This document shows positions 33,760-43,897 of a DNA stretch of 53,589 nucleotides, one piece after another. The position numbers and the translations under genes were made by a program. The notes beneath the pieces are model-generated. The model made no database searches. It saw only the letters and a program-made list of their open reading frames with translations, and was not told where the DNA came from. Each line of letters opens with the position of its first letter. Positions within the stretch are counted from its first letter, which is position 1. Where the stretch lies: the NCBI GenBank assembly GCA_036565605.1, contig DATCXV010000028.1, forward strand, positions 1 through 53,589, given 5' to 3'. Source of the DNA: Minisyncoccota bacterium (lineage in GTDB: Bacteria > Patescibacteriota > Minisyncoccia > Phycocordibacterales > UBA6065).

Positions 33760-35466
33760 ATGAACCTGCGCCGCCGTCAGAAATCGGCGATCTCTTCCAG
33801 CTGGCGGAAGGAGATCGATCCGGATGAAATTTTTTTGGATTCAAAAAATCTGCCGGACTTCGATGTGCATCAGTTTGAAGGTCGCATTGAAAAGCCGATC
33901 GGTCTGGGTGCTATCATCGGTCTCTTGATCTCGTTTGCCTGTATCTTTCTTTTACTCTTAGGTAAAGCGTGGGCGCTTCAGGCAAAAGATGGTGCACAGT
34001 ACGCCGCAATGAGCGAATCGAACGCGCTCGACGAGACGACGGTCTTTTCCCAGCGTGGCGCAATCTTCGACAGGAACGGTCAGAAGCTTGCTTGGAACCG
34101 AGTTGATCCCGACAACATGGATTTCTCGGCACGGGCTTATACCGAACTGCCGGGCCTTTCGCATGTTTTGGGTTATGTTCGCTATCCGGCGAAAGACAAA
34201 CAGGGAACGTACTATCGCACGGACTTCGAAGGCGTTTCTGGCGTGGAAAAATTCTGGAACAAAGAATTGCAGGGTACATACGGCACGCGCGTGGTCGAGA
34301 CGGATGCGTTGGGTAATGTCACGTCTGAATCAGTCATCAAGCCACCGGTCGATGGACAAAATTTGATACTTTCTATCGACGCAACGCTTCAATCACGCAT
34401 GTTTCAGGCAATTTCAAACTTGGCCAAGCGCGTTGGATTCACCGGTGGGGCAGGCATTGTCATGAATGTGCACACAGGCGAAGTTTTGGCCATGACAAGT
34501 TATCCGGAATTTTCGAACACCGTCATGGCCGACGGTTCAGACGCCAAAGCGATTTCAAGTTACTTGACCGACACTGCCGGCAAACCTTTTCTGAACCGTA
34601 TCACCGGTGGCCTGTATACGCCTGGTTCGATCGTAAAGCCCTATGTTTCGATCGCAGCTCTTGAAGAAAAAGTGATCGATCCAAGCAAACAGATTTTGTC
34701 GACTGGATCGATCAGCATTCCGAATCCGTATGACCCCACAAAAAAAACAACATTCATGGACTGGCGTCCGCAGGGCCTAGTTGACATGAGAAAGGCGATC
34801 GCCGTTTCTTCGAACGTTTATTTCTATGAAGTGGGCGGGGGTTTCCAGGATCAGAAAGGGCTTGGTATCGATAACCTTAATAAATATTTCGCACTCTTCG
34901 GCTTCGGACAAAAACCGCCGGAAGGTTTTTTCAGCGGACCTTCGGGCACGGTACCATCGCCTTCGTGGAAGGAAAGAGTTTTCCCCGGCGATCCGTGGCG
35001 CATCGGTGATACCTATTTCACAGCGATCGGTCAGTACGGTTTCCAGGTCACGCCGCTTCAAATGATTCGTGCGCTGTCGTCTGTTGCTAATGGTGGCACG
35101 TTCCTTACTCCCACCATTTTAAAAACGGGCACATCGACGCCGGTTGTTGGCGAGACGGTTCCCGTTAATCCGGCAGATTTTCAGATCGTCCGCGAAGGCA
35201 TGCGGCAGGGCGCTTTGATTGGAACAGCAAGTGGTCTTAATGTTCCGTATGTGAAAATCGCGGCAAAAACTGGTACTGCTGAACTTGGTGTTTCAAAAGC
35301 TTTCGTTAACTCGTGGGTGACTGGTTTTTTTCCATACGAAAGCCCGAAATATGCCTTTGTTGTCATGATGGAACATGGTCCGCGCGCAAATGTATATGGA
35401 GCCACAGCGGCCATGCGCGAAGTGTTTGATTGGATGCACGCGACCGATTCTGACTATCTTAAATAG
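33760..35466 (+). CDS. mrdA: Penicillin-binding protein 2 (elongasome transpeptidase)
   Basis: N-terminal TM helix. Motifs S-x-x-K (GSIVKP), S-x-N (SSN) and K-T-G (KTGTAE). Confidence 0.9.
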   Translation: MNLRRRQKSAISSSWRKEIDPDEIFLDSKNLPDFDVHQFEGRIEKPIGLGAIIGLLISFACIFLLLLGKAWALQAKDGAQYAAMSESNALDETTVFSQRGAIFDRNGQKLAWNRVDPDNMDFSARAYTELPGLSHVLGYVRYPAKDKQGTYYRTDFEGVSGVEKFWNKELQGTYGTRVVETDALGNVTSESVIKPPVDGQNLILSIDATLQSRMFQAISNLAKRVGFTGGAGIVMNVHTGEVLAMTSYPEFSNTVMADGSDAKAISSYLTDTAGKPFLNRITGGLYTPGSIVKPYVSIAALEEKVIDPSKQILSTGSISIPNPYDPTKKTTFMDWRPQGLVDMRKAIAVSSNVYFYEVGGGFQDQKGLGIDNLNKYFALFGFGQKPPEGFFSGPSGTVPSPSWKERVFPGDPWRIGDTYFTAIGQYGFQVTPLQMIRALSSVANGGTFLTPTILKTGTSTPVVGETVPVNPADFQIVREGMRQGALIGTASGLNVPYVKIAAKTGTAELGVSKAFVNSWVTGFFPYESPKYAFVVMMEHGPRANVYGATAAMREVFDWMHATDSDYLK

Positions 35467-35523
35467 CCATTCTGTGGTATCATACGGCGACTATCAATTC
35501 CAAGCAGACAATTCAATATTTCC

Positions 35524-35991
35524 ATGATGGACACGACCAAATATCTCACCAAGGAAAAGTACGACGAGTTGGCAAAAGAGCTCGAGACCTTGCGTACGGT
35601 CAAGCGTAAAGAGGTTGCTCAGAACCTCGAGTATGCGCGCGCCCTGGGTGATCTTTCCGAAAATACCGAATATCAGGAAGCCCGCGAATCACAGGCTATG
35701 GTTGAAGACCGCATCCAGGTTATCGAGAACACCCTGAAGACCGCAGAAATTGTCCACGAACTTCACGGCGACAGCGTATCAATGGGTTCCGAAGTCACTG
35801 TTGAAAAAGCTGGAGCGAAAGACAAGCAAACATTCAAGATTGTTGGCTCCGACGAGACTGACACGCTTTCGGGCAAGATCTCGAACCTTTCTCCACTGGG
35901 CTCGGCGCTCTTGGGTAAGAAGCGCGGCGAGACCGTCAAGGTAAAAACTCCGAAGGGGGAAATCTCTTACAAGATCGTTTCGGTTAAATAA
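35524..35991 (+). CDS. greA: Transcription elongation factor GreA
   Basis: LTKEKYDELAKELETLRTVKRKEVAQNLEYARALGDLSENTEYQEARESQAMVEDRI. Confidence 0.92.
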   Translation: MMDTTKYLTKEKYDELAKELETLRTVKRKEVAQNLEYARALGDLSENTEYQEARESQAMVEDRIQVIENTLKTAEIVHELHGDSVSMGSEVTVEKAGAKDKQTFKIVGSDETDTLSGKISNLSPLGSALLGKKRGETVKVKTPKGEISYKIVSVK

Positions 35992-36004
35992 GCTTTAACG
36001 CTGC

Positions 36005-37468
36005 ATGGCAAGCCTCGACGAGATACGCGCGGGACGTTTGCACAAGCTCGCTCTTTTGAAAGAAGCGGGCATGGACGCGTATCCGGCCAAGGTGCCGCGC
36101 GATATGTCGCTCGGCCAAGCTAAAGCGACCTTCAAAGATCATGAAGCGTCCGGAAAGGCGGTGTCGTTGTCGGGTCGCGTCATGGCGGTGCGCGGACAGG
36201 GTGCCATATTTTTCGTCGTGCTTGATGACGGAACGGCGCGTTTCCAGGCGGTCTTCAAAAAGGATGAAACTGACGCAAAGCTTTTCAAGCTCTTCGTCGA
36301 TGCTGCTGATGTCGGTGATATTGTTTCGGTCACCGGCACATTCTTTGTAACGCAAAAAGGGGAAGAAAGCGTTCAGGTGAAATCGTGGACGATGGCATCG
36401 AAGTCTTTAGCACCGCTGCCTGAAAAGTGGCACGGCCTCACCGACGAAGACGAACGCTTCCGCAAGCGCTACCTGGACATGGTTATGACCCCTGAATTGC
36501 GCGAGCTCTTCATGAAGAAGTCCAAATTTTGGGACGTGACGCGCACCTTTTTGAAAGTGAATGGCTTTTTGGAAGTCGAGACTCCCACCATCGAGACTAC
36601 GACCGGCGGCGCTGAAGCTCGTCCGTTCGAAACTCATCACAACGATTTTGATATCGATGTCTTCATGCGTATTTCGGTAGGTGAATTGTGGCAGAAGCGC
36701 CTTATGGCCGCAGGCTTTCCGAAGACCTTCGAGATCGGCCGTGCCTATCGTAACGAAGGCTCGAGCCCCGAACATCTTCAGGAGTTCACGAATATGGAGT
36801 TCTACTGGGGCTATGCCGATTACCGCGACGGCATGCGCTTGGTCCAGGAGCTGTATCGTACGATCGCTCGCGAAGTGTTTGGTACAACAAAGTTTACGAC
36901 GCGCGGCCACACCTTTGATTTGGCTGACGAATGGAAAGAGGTCAATTATGTCGATGAGGTGAAGCGCCAGACAGGTATCGATGTCCTTACCGCGAGCGAA
37001 AAGGAGATGGAGGCGAAGCTTCGCGAGCTGGGCGTCACATACGAAGGTGCGAACAAAGAACGCCTCACTGACACCTTGTGGAAGTATTGCCGCAGAAATA
37101 TTTCCGGCCCTGCGTTTTTGACTCATCATCCGAAGCTGGTATCGGCTTTGGCAAAGGAATCCAAGGATCGTCCAGGCACCGTCGAGCGCTTTCAGGTTCT
37201 TTTGGCAGGCAGCGAAATTGGTAACGGCTATTCTGAATTGAATGATCCGGTCGATCAGCGCTCGCGTTTCGAGATCCAGAAGAAACTGATCGAATCCGGC
37301 GACGAAGAAGCAATGATGCCGGACTGGGAATTCGTTGACATGCTTGAACACGGTATGCCTCCGACCTGCGGTTTCGGTTTCGGCGATCGTCTGTTCGCAT
37401 TCCTGGTAGACAAGCCATTGCGCGAGACCGTTTTGTTCCCGCTCATGAGGCCGAAGGGAGGAAAGTAA
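36005..37468 (+). CDS. lysS: Lysyl-tRNA synthetase, class II
   Basis: OB-fold N-terminal domain (GRVMAVRGQGAIFFVVLDDG), RKRYLDM, FLEVETP, EIGRAYRNEG, GFGFGDRL. Confidence 0.93.
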   Translation: MASLDEIRAGRLHKLALLKEAGMDAYPAKVPRDMSLGQAKATFKDHEASGKAVSLSGRVMAVRGQGAIFFVVLDDGTARFQAVFKKDETDAKLFKLFVDAADVGDIVSVTGTFFVTQKGEESVQVKSWTMASKSLAPLPEKWHGLTDEDERFRKRYLDMVMTPELRELFMKKSKFWDVTRTFLKVNGFLEVETPTIETTTGGAEARPFETHHNDFDIDVFMRISVGELWQKRLMAAGFPKTFEIGRAYRNEGSSPEHLQEFTNMEFYWGYADYRDGMRLVQELYRTIAREVFGTTKFTTRGHTFDLADEWKEVNYVDEVKRQTGIDVLTASEKEMEAKLRELGVTYEGANKERLTDTLWKYCRRNISGPAFLTHHPKLVSALAKESKDRPGTVERFQVLLAGSEIGNGYSELNDPVDQRSRFEIQKKLIESGDEEAMMPDWEFVDMLEHGMPPTCGFGFGDRLFAFLVDKPLRETVLFPLMRPKGGK

Positions 37469-37548
37469 TTTGACTTTTATAATAATTATTGTATCTTTTT
37501 ATTTGGACTCCTGTTTTCCTGCATTGAAACCTCAAATAAGGATAATGA

Positions 37549-38016
37549 ATGAACCTCCAAGAGATTCAGCTTCAGTTCGCCCGCATTCTTCTGAAAAAGG
37601 AAACATGCGATAAATATGCCCCGGATTCCGTGCTCTGCTCGGAAGAAGAGATCGTGGGCGAGATCGATGACACGGTCACACGTTCGCTTTTTTCTCTTAA
37701 CTCGAGATTAACGATTTACCTCGACGATTTCCGGACAGCTCACGGTCTTACGTCGCCAAGTGGATTCCTGACTTCGCGATCGGGAGTCAAAAATCTCGAG
37801 CATCTTGAAGCGCTGGTATTTCATTGTAATCTGGCTTCAAAACTTATTCAGTCCGTCAATCATGCCTTTTGGTTTCAAGTTGGGAACAATTTTCCCCAGA
37901 TCGGGGCGAGCGGCAAGCATGTGAGCATCAGATCCGGCTGGATCATCGCGGTCGATGATATTAAGCGGCAATGCCCGACATGTTTCGACCTTACTACTGA
38001 TACGTGCGGTACTTAG
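37549..38016 (+). CDS. Hypothetical protein
   Basis: 155-aa ORF with an AGGA SD 7 nt upstream. C-terminal CPTCFDLTTDTCG. No family recognised. Confidence 0.6.
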   Translation: MNLQEIQLQFARILLKKETCDKYAPDSVLCSEEEIVGEIDDTVTRSLFSLNSRLTIYLDDFRTAHGLTSPSGFLTSRSGVKNLEHLEALVFHCNLASKLIQSVNHAFWFQVGNNFPQIGASGKHVSIRSGWIIAVDDIKRQCPTCFDLTTDTCGT

Positions 38017-38026
38017 CCTTGATACA

Positions 38027-38053
38027 AGCGCCCTTAGATGGGGCGCTTTTTTC
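38027..38053 (+). terminator. Rho-independent terminator
   Basis: agcgccc-ttagatg-gggcgcTTTTTT. Confidence 0.75.
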
Positions 38054-38089
38054 TTGTGCGAAATCGGTCTGACGTTATCCACAGAAATC

Positions 38090-38145
38090 TGGGAATTCGT
38101 GTATCAATGTGGGACGAAGTGTTATAAAATTACATGCAAGTGGGA
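38090..38145 (+). promoter_or_regulatory. mraZ promoter (TGtTATAAA at 38120-38128) flanked by three (G)TGGGA boxes: candidate MraZ operator
   Basis: TGGGA at 38090-38094, GTGGGA at 38109-38114 and GTGGGA at 38140-38145. Confidence 0.45.
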
Positions 38146-38187
38146 AACGGTGGAAAATTATTTCCGCCCGCTCTCACTGTGCGCATC

Positions 38188-38622
38188 ATGCTTATCGGCG
38201 AATATACACATTCGATAGACGAAAAAAATCGCATCTCGCTCCCGGTTCGATTCCGCGAGAAGATGGGAAAAAAAGTCGTGGTCACTCCCGGCCTCGATCA
38301 CTGTCTGTTCGTGTTCACGCCGAAAGAATGGGAACGCATTGCTGGCAAACTTTCCGAAGCATCGCTTGGTGCGTCCGACAACAGATCGTTCTCCCGATTT
38401 ATGTTCGGCGGCGCGGTCGAAGCTGATATCGACTCTATTGGTCGCATACTCGTGCCGGATTTCCTGCAAGAGTGGGCGAACCTCAAAGGCAAGGTCGCGG
38501 TCGTTGGCGTGCAGTCGCGCGTCGAGATCTGGAACGACAAAGCATGGGGTGAATACAAGAAGGGTGTGGAAGGCAAGGCAGGGGCCTTGGCTGAAAAGCT
38601 GGGCCAGGTAGGCGTGCTCTAA
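38188..38622 (+). CDS. mraZ: Transcriptional regulator MraZ
   Basis: Canonical N-terminus MLIGEYTHSIDEKNRISLP and a second DSIGRILVP repeat. In-frame ATG 38134 (the track start) is 5 nt from the -10 box and remains an alternative. Confidence 0.88.
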   Translation: MLIGEYTHSIDEKNRISLPVRFREKMGKKVVVTPGLDHCLFVFTPKEWERIAGKLSEASLGASDNRSFSRFMFGGAVEADIDSIGRILVPDFLQEWANLKGKVAVVGVQSRVEIWNDKAWGEYKKGVEGKAGALAEKLGQVGVL

Positions 38623-38635
38623 TTCGAAAGATTAG

Positions 38636-39520
38636 ATGCACGAATCGGTACTTTTACAAGAAACGATTGACGGACTCGAGTTGCGCGACGGCGACGTAGT
38701 CGTCGACGGAACGTTGGGCCGGGCAGGACATTCGATCGAAATGGTCAAGCGGGTGAAAGTTCGCTTGATTGGCATCGACCGTGATGCGCAGGCGATTGAA
38801 GAATCGCGTGCAAAATTGTCCGCAGCCGGTGCCAACTTCGAATTGCACCAGGGTAATTTCGCTGATATGAAATCGATTCTCGCTTATGCGGGCGTCGAGC
38901 ATGTCAACAAAGTGATTCTCGATCTTGGTGTTTCGTCGCCGCAAATTGATTCGTCGGGGCGCGGATTTTCGTTCAAAGAGAACGAACCGCTCTCGATGAC
39001 GATGGAGCGCGAACCGTCTGCGGACGCATTCACTGCGCGCGACATCGTGAACGGCTGGGCAGAAGAGGATATCGCTAATGTGATATATGCCTACGGCGAA
39101 GAACGATATGCGCGACGGATTGCTCGTGGCATTGTTACTGCTCGTGAAATCGCTCCGATCGAAACAACACATCAGTTAGTCGAGATCATCCAGCGCTCTG
39201 TTCCGTTCATGTATCGCCATGGCAGGATTCATCCGGCAACCCGGACGTTCCAAGCCTTGCGCATCGCAGTGAATGACGAACTCCGGTCAATCGAACGCGG
39301 ACTCGATGCAACGCTTTCAGTTCTTCAACCGGAAGGGCGCATTGCGGTCATCTCGTTCCATAGCCTGGAAGATCGCATCGTCAAAGAGCGATTCAGGAAA
39401 TGGGAAGGTGAGGGAACGGGGAAGCAGGCGACAAAAAAGCCAATTGTTCCAAGCGAAGCGGAGATCGAGCGAAATCCGCGATCGCGCAGCGCGAAATTGA
39501 GAATTTTTATACGAAGGTGA
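38636..39520 (+). CDS. rsmH: 16S rRNA (cytosine1402-N4)-methyltransferase RsmH
   Basis: HESVLLQE...VVDGTLGRAGHS...DLGVSSPQID...ISFHSLEDRIVK. Confidence 0.92.
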   Translation: MHESVLLQETIDGLELRDGDVVVDGTLGRAGHSIEMVKRVKVRLIGIDRDAQAIEESRAKLSAAGANFELHQGNFADMKSILAYAGVEHVNKVILDLGVSSPQIDSSGRGFSFKENEPLSMTMEREPSADAFTARDIVNGWAEEDIANVIYAYGEERYARRIARGIVTAREIAPIETTHQLVEIIQRSVPFMYRHGRIHPATRTFQALRIAVNDELRSIERGLDATLSVLQPEGRIAVISFHSLEDRIVKERFRKWEGEGTGKQATKKPIVPSEAEIERNPRSRSAKLRIFIRR

Positions 39521-39557
39521 TGGTTCTGCCGGTTATTACAAGCTTGGTTACAACAGA

Positions 39558-39878
39558 ATGACACAATACGTACAGGAAAAAGTAGAAACGATGGAAAGGC
39601 CGGTGACGGCATGGGCTTTGTGCGGACTTATTGTTGCGCTGGCATTCGTTTATGCATACTTTGTGCATCTTTCGATCGGCAACGCAGTGGCTGCACGCGA
39701 AGCACAAGATGCAGCTTCGACCTTATCTGCGCGGGTAAGCTCGCTTGAGTCCCGCTATATCGCCGCGAAGTCATCGGTCACCGAATCTGACATTGCTCGC
39801 CTGGGTCTTGCTGCTCCGGCATCGGCACCGGTGTACATTGCAGCGGGCACAGCGGCGTCACTTTCCTTTAATCGCTAG
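39558..39878 (+). CDS. FtsL-like small bitopic membrane protein
   Basis: 106 aa with one TM helix followed by a coiled segment. Sits between rsmH and the PBP gene. Confidence 0.6.
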   Translation: MTQYVQEKVETMERPVTAWALCGLIVALAFVYAYFVHLSIGNAVAAREAQDAASTLSARVSSLESRYIAAKSSVTESDIARLGLAAPASAPVYIAAGTAASLSFNR

Positions 39879-39883
39879 ACGTT

Positions 39884-41611
39884 ATGTCGAAAGCGATAGG
39901 CGAACGGCACGAAAGGATACGTACCGGACGCCTTCATATTCTTGCGGCTGCGATCTGTTTGTTTGCTCTTGTGCTCGTGGGCCGGTTGTATCAAGTTCAA
40001 GTTGTGCACGGCGACGAGTATGCTGCACAGGCTGATCGCCAATATGTTCATCGCAGTGCGACTCTTTTTGATCGCGGTACTATTTTATTTTCGCCTAAAT
40101 CTGGCGAGCCATTCCCGGCTGCCACTTTGTTAACGGGATACACCATTGCACTTTCTCCTTCGCAGATGGATCATCCTGAAGATGTTTTTAATGCTCTGTC
40201 GGGGCTTGTGCCTTTGGGCGACGATGCTCTCTTGAAGAAAATTGAGGCCGAGAAAAGTTATGTCGAGGTGGCCAAGGGCGTTGATGAAGAAACTGCTGAC
40301 CGCATTTCGAATTTGCATCTTTCTGGTGTGACCGAATCGGCAGAGCGTCGTCGTGTCTATCCGGGTGGTCCGCTTGCGGCGAATACCTTGGGTTTTGTTG
40401 GTTTCGGAGAAGATGGTACGACGCTTTCGGGTCGTTATGGACTTGAAAAATATTATGACGGCGTGCTTTCGCGACAAGCGACTGGTGGATCGGGCAATTT
40501 CTTTGCACGCATCTTTGCAAACCTTGGTGATGACAAGGCGAGCGATTCTGAGGGCGACATCATTACGACCATCGAGCCGACCGTTCAGGCAGAGCTTGAA
40601 AAGAAAATTGCGGGAGTTATGGCGACCTGGCAATCCGACATATCTGGGGGCATCATCATGGACCCTTCAACGGGCGAAGTGTATGCCTTGGCCGTCTCGC
40701 CATCTTTTGATCCAAATGAATTCCAGAAAGAGACCGATGCATCGGTGTACGGAAATCCTTTGGCTGACCGCGTCTATGAAATGGGCTCGATCGTAAAGCC
40801 GGTGGCTATGGCCGCGGGTATCGATGCGGGCGCGGTGACGCCCACCACGTTGTATGATGACACCGGATCGGTCGTCGTGAACGGCGCGAAGGTATCGAAC
40901 TTCGACGGCCGCGCCCGTGGTGTCATTCCTATGCAGGAAGTCTTGAGTCAATCTCTGAACGTTGGTATGGCCTTTGTGGCACAGAAACTTGGTAATGAAC
41001 GCCTGACTGAATATTTCAAAAAATTTGGCTTCGGTACCGAGACCGGCGTCGATCTGCCGGGCGAGGCACGTGGTCTTACCAAGAACCTCGAGAGTCCGCG
41101 CGATATCGAACACGTTACAGCAGCCTTCGGACAGGGAATTGCTCTTACCCCGATTCAAACCGTGCGTGCTTTGTCTGCCTTGGGCAACGGCGGCTTCTTG
41201 CCGAATCCTCACTTGGTTCGCGAGATCCGTTATGAAGACGGCACGGTACGCAAACCGGCCTATGATGACACTAAACGCGCCATATCGCCCCAGACCAGCG
41301 AGACGATCACGCGGATGCTTGTTACGGTTGTCGACAACGCTCTTTTGGGTGGTACCGTAAAGCTTCCTCATTATTCGATCGCAGCCAAAACCGGTACGGC
41401 CCAGATCCCAAGCCCTCAAGGCGGATACTATAAAGACCGTTATCTGCACTCGTTTTTCGGATATTTCCCTGCCTATGATCCTAAATTCATTGTCTTTTTG
41501 TTCACTGTCTATCCAAAGGGTGCCGAATACGCATCACATACGCTTACACAGCCGTTCATTGACCTGGCGAAGTTCTTGATTAATTATTATGACGTTCCGC
41601 CAGACCGATAA
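39884..41611 (+). CDS. ftsI: Penicillin-binding protein, FtsI/PBP3-like transpeptidase
   Basis: N-terminal TM helix. Motifs GSIVKP (SxxK), SQSLN (SxN) and KTGTAQ (KTG). Confidence 0.88.
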   Translation: MSKAIGERHERIRTGRLHILAAAICLFALVLVGRLYQVQVVHGDEYAAQADRQYVHRSATLFDRGTILFSPKSGEPFPAATLLTGYTIALSPSQMDHPEDVFNALSGLVPLGDDALLKKIEAEKSYVEVAKGVDEETADRISNLHLSGVTESAERRRVYPGGPLAANTLGFVGFGEDGTTLSGRYGLEKYYDGVLSRQATGGSGNFFARIFANLGDDKASDSEGDIITTIEPTVQAELEKKIAGVMATWQSDISGGIIMDPSTGEVYALAVSPSFDPNEFQKETDASVYGNPLADRVYEMGSIVKPVAMAAGIDAGAVTPTTLYDDTGSVVVNGAKVSNFDGRARGVIPMQEVLSQSLNVGMAFVAQKLGNERLTEYFKKFGFGTETGVDLPGEARGLTKNLESPRDIEHVTAAFGQGIALTPIQTVRALSALGNGGFLPNPHLVREIRYEDGTVRKPAYDDTKRAISPQTSETITRMLVTVVDNALLGGTVKLPHYSIAAKTGTAQIPSPQGGYYKDRYLHSFFGYFPAYDPKFIVFLFTVYPKGAEYASHTLTQPFIDLAKFLINYYDVPPDR

Positions 41612-41616
41612 GAGCC

Positions 41617-42927
41617 ATGAAAAAATTTTTCCGAAATACTGTTATCAGACTGCTCACATGGGAAGCGAAAGTTGCTTTGCGGCATCATAAGCCGAAGATT
41701 GTTGCCGTAACAGGGAACGTGGGCAAGACTTCGACCAAAGACGCGATACACGCGGTGGTATCGCTTGCGTTTGAAGCGCGCAAAAGCGAAAAAAGTTTTA
41801 ATAGCGAAATCGGTTTGCCGCTTGCGGTGTTGGGTCTGGATAACGCATGGTCTTCGGCGTCGGGTTGGGCGAAGAATTTGTGGAAGGGGCTGTGGGTGGC
41901 GATAGGACCATCATATCGTTTTCCGGAATGGCTCGTGCTTGAAGTTGGTGCGGATCATCCTGGCGATATCGAAACGGCCACAGAATGGCTGAAGCCTGAC
42001 ATTGCCGTTTTGACGCGCATGTCCGACATTCCTGTCCATGTCGAAAATTTCCCGGATGCGCAATCGGTTTTGGAAGAAAAAATGTATCTGGCCAAGGCCT
42101 TGAAGCCTGGCGGCACGATTGTCTGGAATTTGGATGACGCGCAGTTCCAGAAAGCGCTTCTGGATATTGATGCGAAAAAAGCTACATACGGTGCAGCGAA
42201 GGGTGCCGACGTGTCGGTACGCGAAACCGAAGCGTTGTATGATGGTTCACCGCTTTCACTTCCGCGTGGGCAGTACGGTATTTTTGCGGTGCGAAATTCG
42301 ACGGGCTCGATGCATGAAGCGCGTGTCGAATTGGAAGGTGTCGTGGGGGATCATCTGATGCATCCGGTTGCGGCGGCCCTCTGCGTCGGTATGGTTTTGG
42401 ATATCGATCATGCTGAAGAAGCCTTCCGACATTTCGATTCGCCGCGGGGCCGCATGCGTATCCTTTCGGGAAGGCAAAGCTCGGTTGTGATCGACGATAC
42501 ATACAACTCATCGCCTTTGGCTTGTATCGAGGCTCTGAAATCTTTGAAATCTCTTTCTGTACGCGGTCGCCGCATCGCGGTTCTAGGCGATATGAAGGAA
42601 TTGGGAGCAGATTCGAAACGTGCACATGAAAGTGTGGGACGGTTTGCTGCACAGTGCGTTCATACGCTTGTTGTGGTGGGGGAGTTGGCCAAAGACATTG
42701 CGCTGGGCGCACGATCCGCTGGCCTTTCCGAAGACCGCATTCTGCATTTTGATGATTCGACCGCCGCAGCCGAAGCACTTTCCGATCTGCCGCGCGCCGG
42801 CGATGCGATTCTGGTCAAAGGTTCGCAGTCTGTGCGCATGGAACGAGTCTCGAAAGTATTGCTTTCGGAACCGGCGCGCGCAAAAGAGCTTTTGGTACGA
42901 CAGGAAGAAGAGTGGGAGAGGAGATAG
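41617..42927 (+). CDS. murF: UDP-N-acetylmuramoyl-tripeptide--D-alanyl-D-alanine ligase
   Basis: Mur ligase P-loop VTGNVGKTSTKDAI; C-terminal VLGDMKELG...ILVKGSQSVRME. Confidence 0.88.
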   Translation: MKKFFRNTVIRLLTWEAKVALRHHKPKIVAVTGNVGKTSTKDAIHAVVSLAFEARKSEKSFNSEIGLPLAVLGLDNAWSSASGWAKNLWKGLWVAIGPSYRFPEWLVLEVGADHPGDIETATEWLKPDIAVLTRMSDIPVHVENFPDAQSVLEEKMYLAKALKPGGTIVWNLDDAQFQKALLDIDAKKATYGAAKGADVSVRETEALYDGSPLSLPRGQYGIFAVRNSTGSMHEARVELEGVVGDHLMHPVAAALCVGMVLDIDHAEEAFRHFDSPRGRMRILSGRQSSVVIDDTYNSSPLACIEALKSLKSLSVRGRRIAVLGDMKELGADSKRAHESVGRFAAQCVHTLVVVGELAKDIALGARSAGLSEDRILHFDDSTAAAEALSDLPRAGDAILVKGSQSVRMERVSKVLLSEPARAKELLVRQEEEWERR

Positions 42928-42986
42928 AGTTCTGGCTCGTTGACAAGAGTTGATTTCAAGAGTATTCCTACATACAGGAGTACACA

Positions 42987-43691
42987 ATGATGAATATACA
43001 ACCGAAAAGGCGATACGAGGCACAGGTACGGGATGGTGAGTTTACTGCCACGAAAGAATTCTTTGCGAGTAATCGGCGCAAAGCTGTAAAGCTTGCTGTG
43101 TGGTGGTTTTGGTACGAATACAAAGGAACTCGAGGGTGCGCCCGCGATTCACTGATCGTCACAGACCCATACAGCGAGGTGAGATATGATTCTCGATTCT
43201 CTTGTGCAGACAGGATGAACCGGTTTTTGCCGCCTGATGTTATTGATCGTCTGATCAAGGAATCAAATGGCGAGCTTATAAGGAATGAGCGCAAAAGCCA
43301 GCGTGGTGTCGCGATCGGCGAGCTGCGCAGGGTCAAACGCCGTCGAGATTTCGGCAGATTCGTTGCTCCCGGTATCAGGCAGATGAGAAACGGCGTTATG
43401 TATTATCGCATCACCACGCTCCCCGAGAAGAAAGAGGGAGGCAAGCTCATGCGAAGAAGAAAGTATCGAGATATCCGGCTTAGGGCTCGAACGATCGTCG
43501 CTGCGGTCGATGAAGTGAAGTCTCGAAACCTTGTCGACCAGAACAATTCTGCTCGGCGTATGAAGGTCAGGGATCTATTCTTCGTCCTCCATGTTTCCGG
43601 CGCGCTTGTGGCGAGCGAGCTGACCGACGGTCAAAAGCGTAAGTACGAGCACGTGCTTAAAAAATACCGAAAAGAAACTGTCGCACATTGA
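42987..43691 (+). CDS. Hypothetical highly basic protein
   Basis: 234 aa with a GGAG SD 6 nt upstream. Arg/Lys-rich; no family recognised. Followed by a terminator. Confidence 0.65.
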   Translation: MMNIQPKRRYEAQVRDGEFTATKEFFASNRRKAVKLAVWWFWYEYKGTRGCARDSLIVTDPYSEVRYDSRFSCADRMNRFLPPDVIDRLIKESNGELIRNERKSQRGVAIGELRRVKRRRDFGRFVAPGIRQMRNGVMYYRITTLPEKKEGGKLMRRRKYRDIRLRARTIVAAVDEVKSRNLVDQNNSARRMKVRDLFFVLHVSGALVASELTDGQKRKYEHVLKKYRKETVAH

Positions 43692-43701
43692 TTCAAACCA
43701 C

Positions 43702-43726
43702 GCCGCCCAAAAGGGCGGCTTTTTAT
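43702..43726 (+). terminator. Rho-independent terminator
   Basis: gccgccc-aaaa-gggcggcTTTTTaTTT. Confidence 0.8.
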
Positions 43727-43897
43727 TTAGCCATGTATAAGTGCTTGGAGCTGATGGTGACCCCATTGCGTGGCTTTCAGAACTTTTGAAGCAAAGAGTT
43801 TATATTAGAAAATCTGTGGAAGAGTTAAGTTTAATAATTAGATAAAACACAAAACCTGTCCCAACTAGCAGACGAGGTCTGTGGTTGTGAACAGGTT

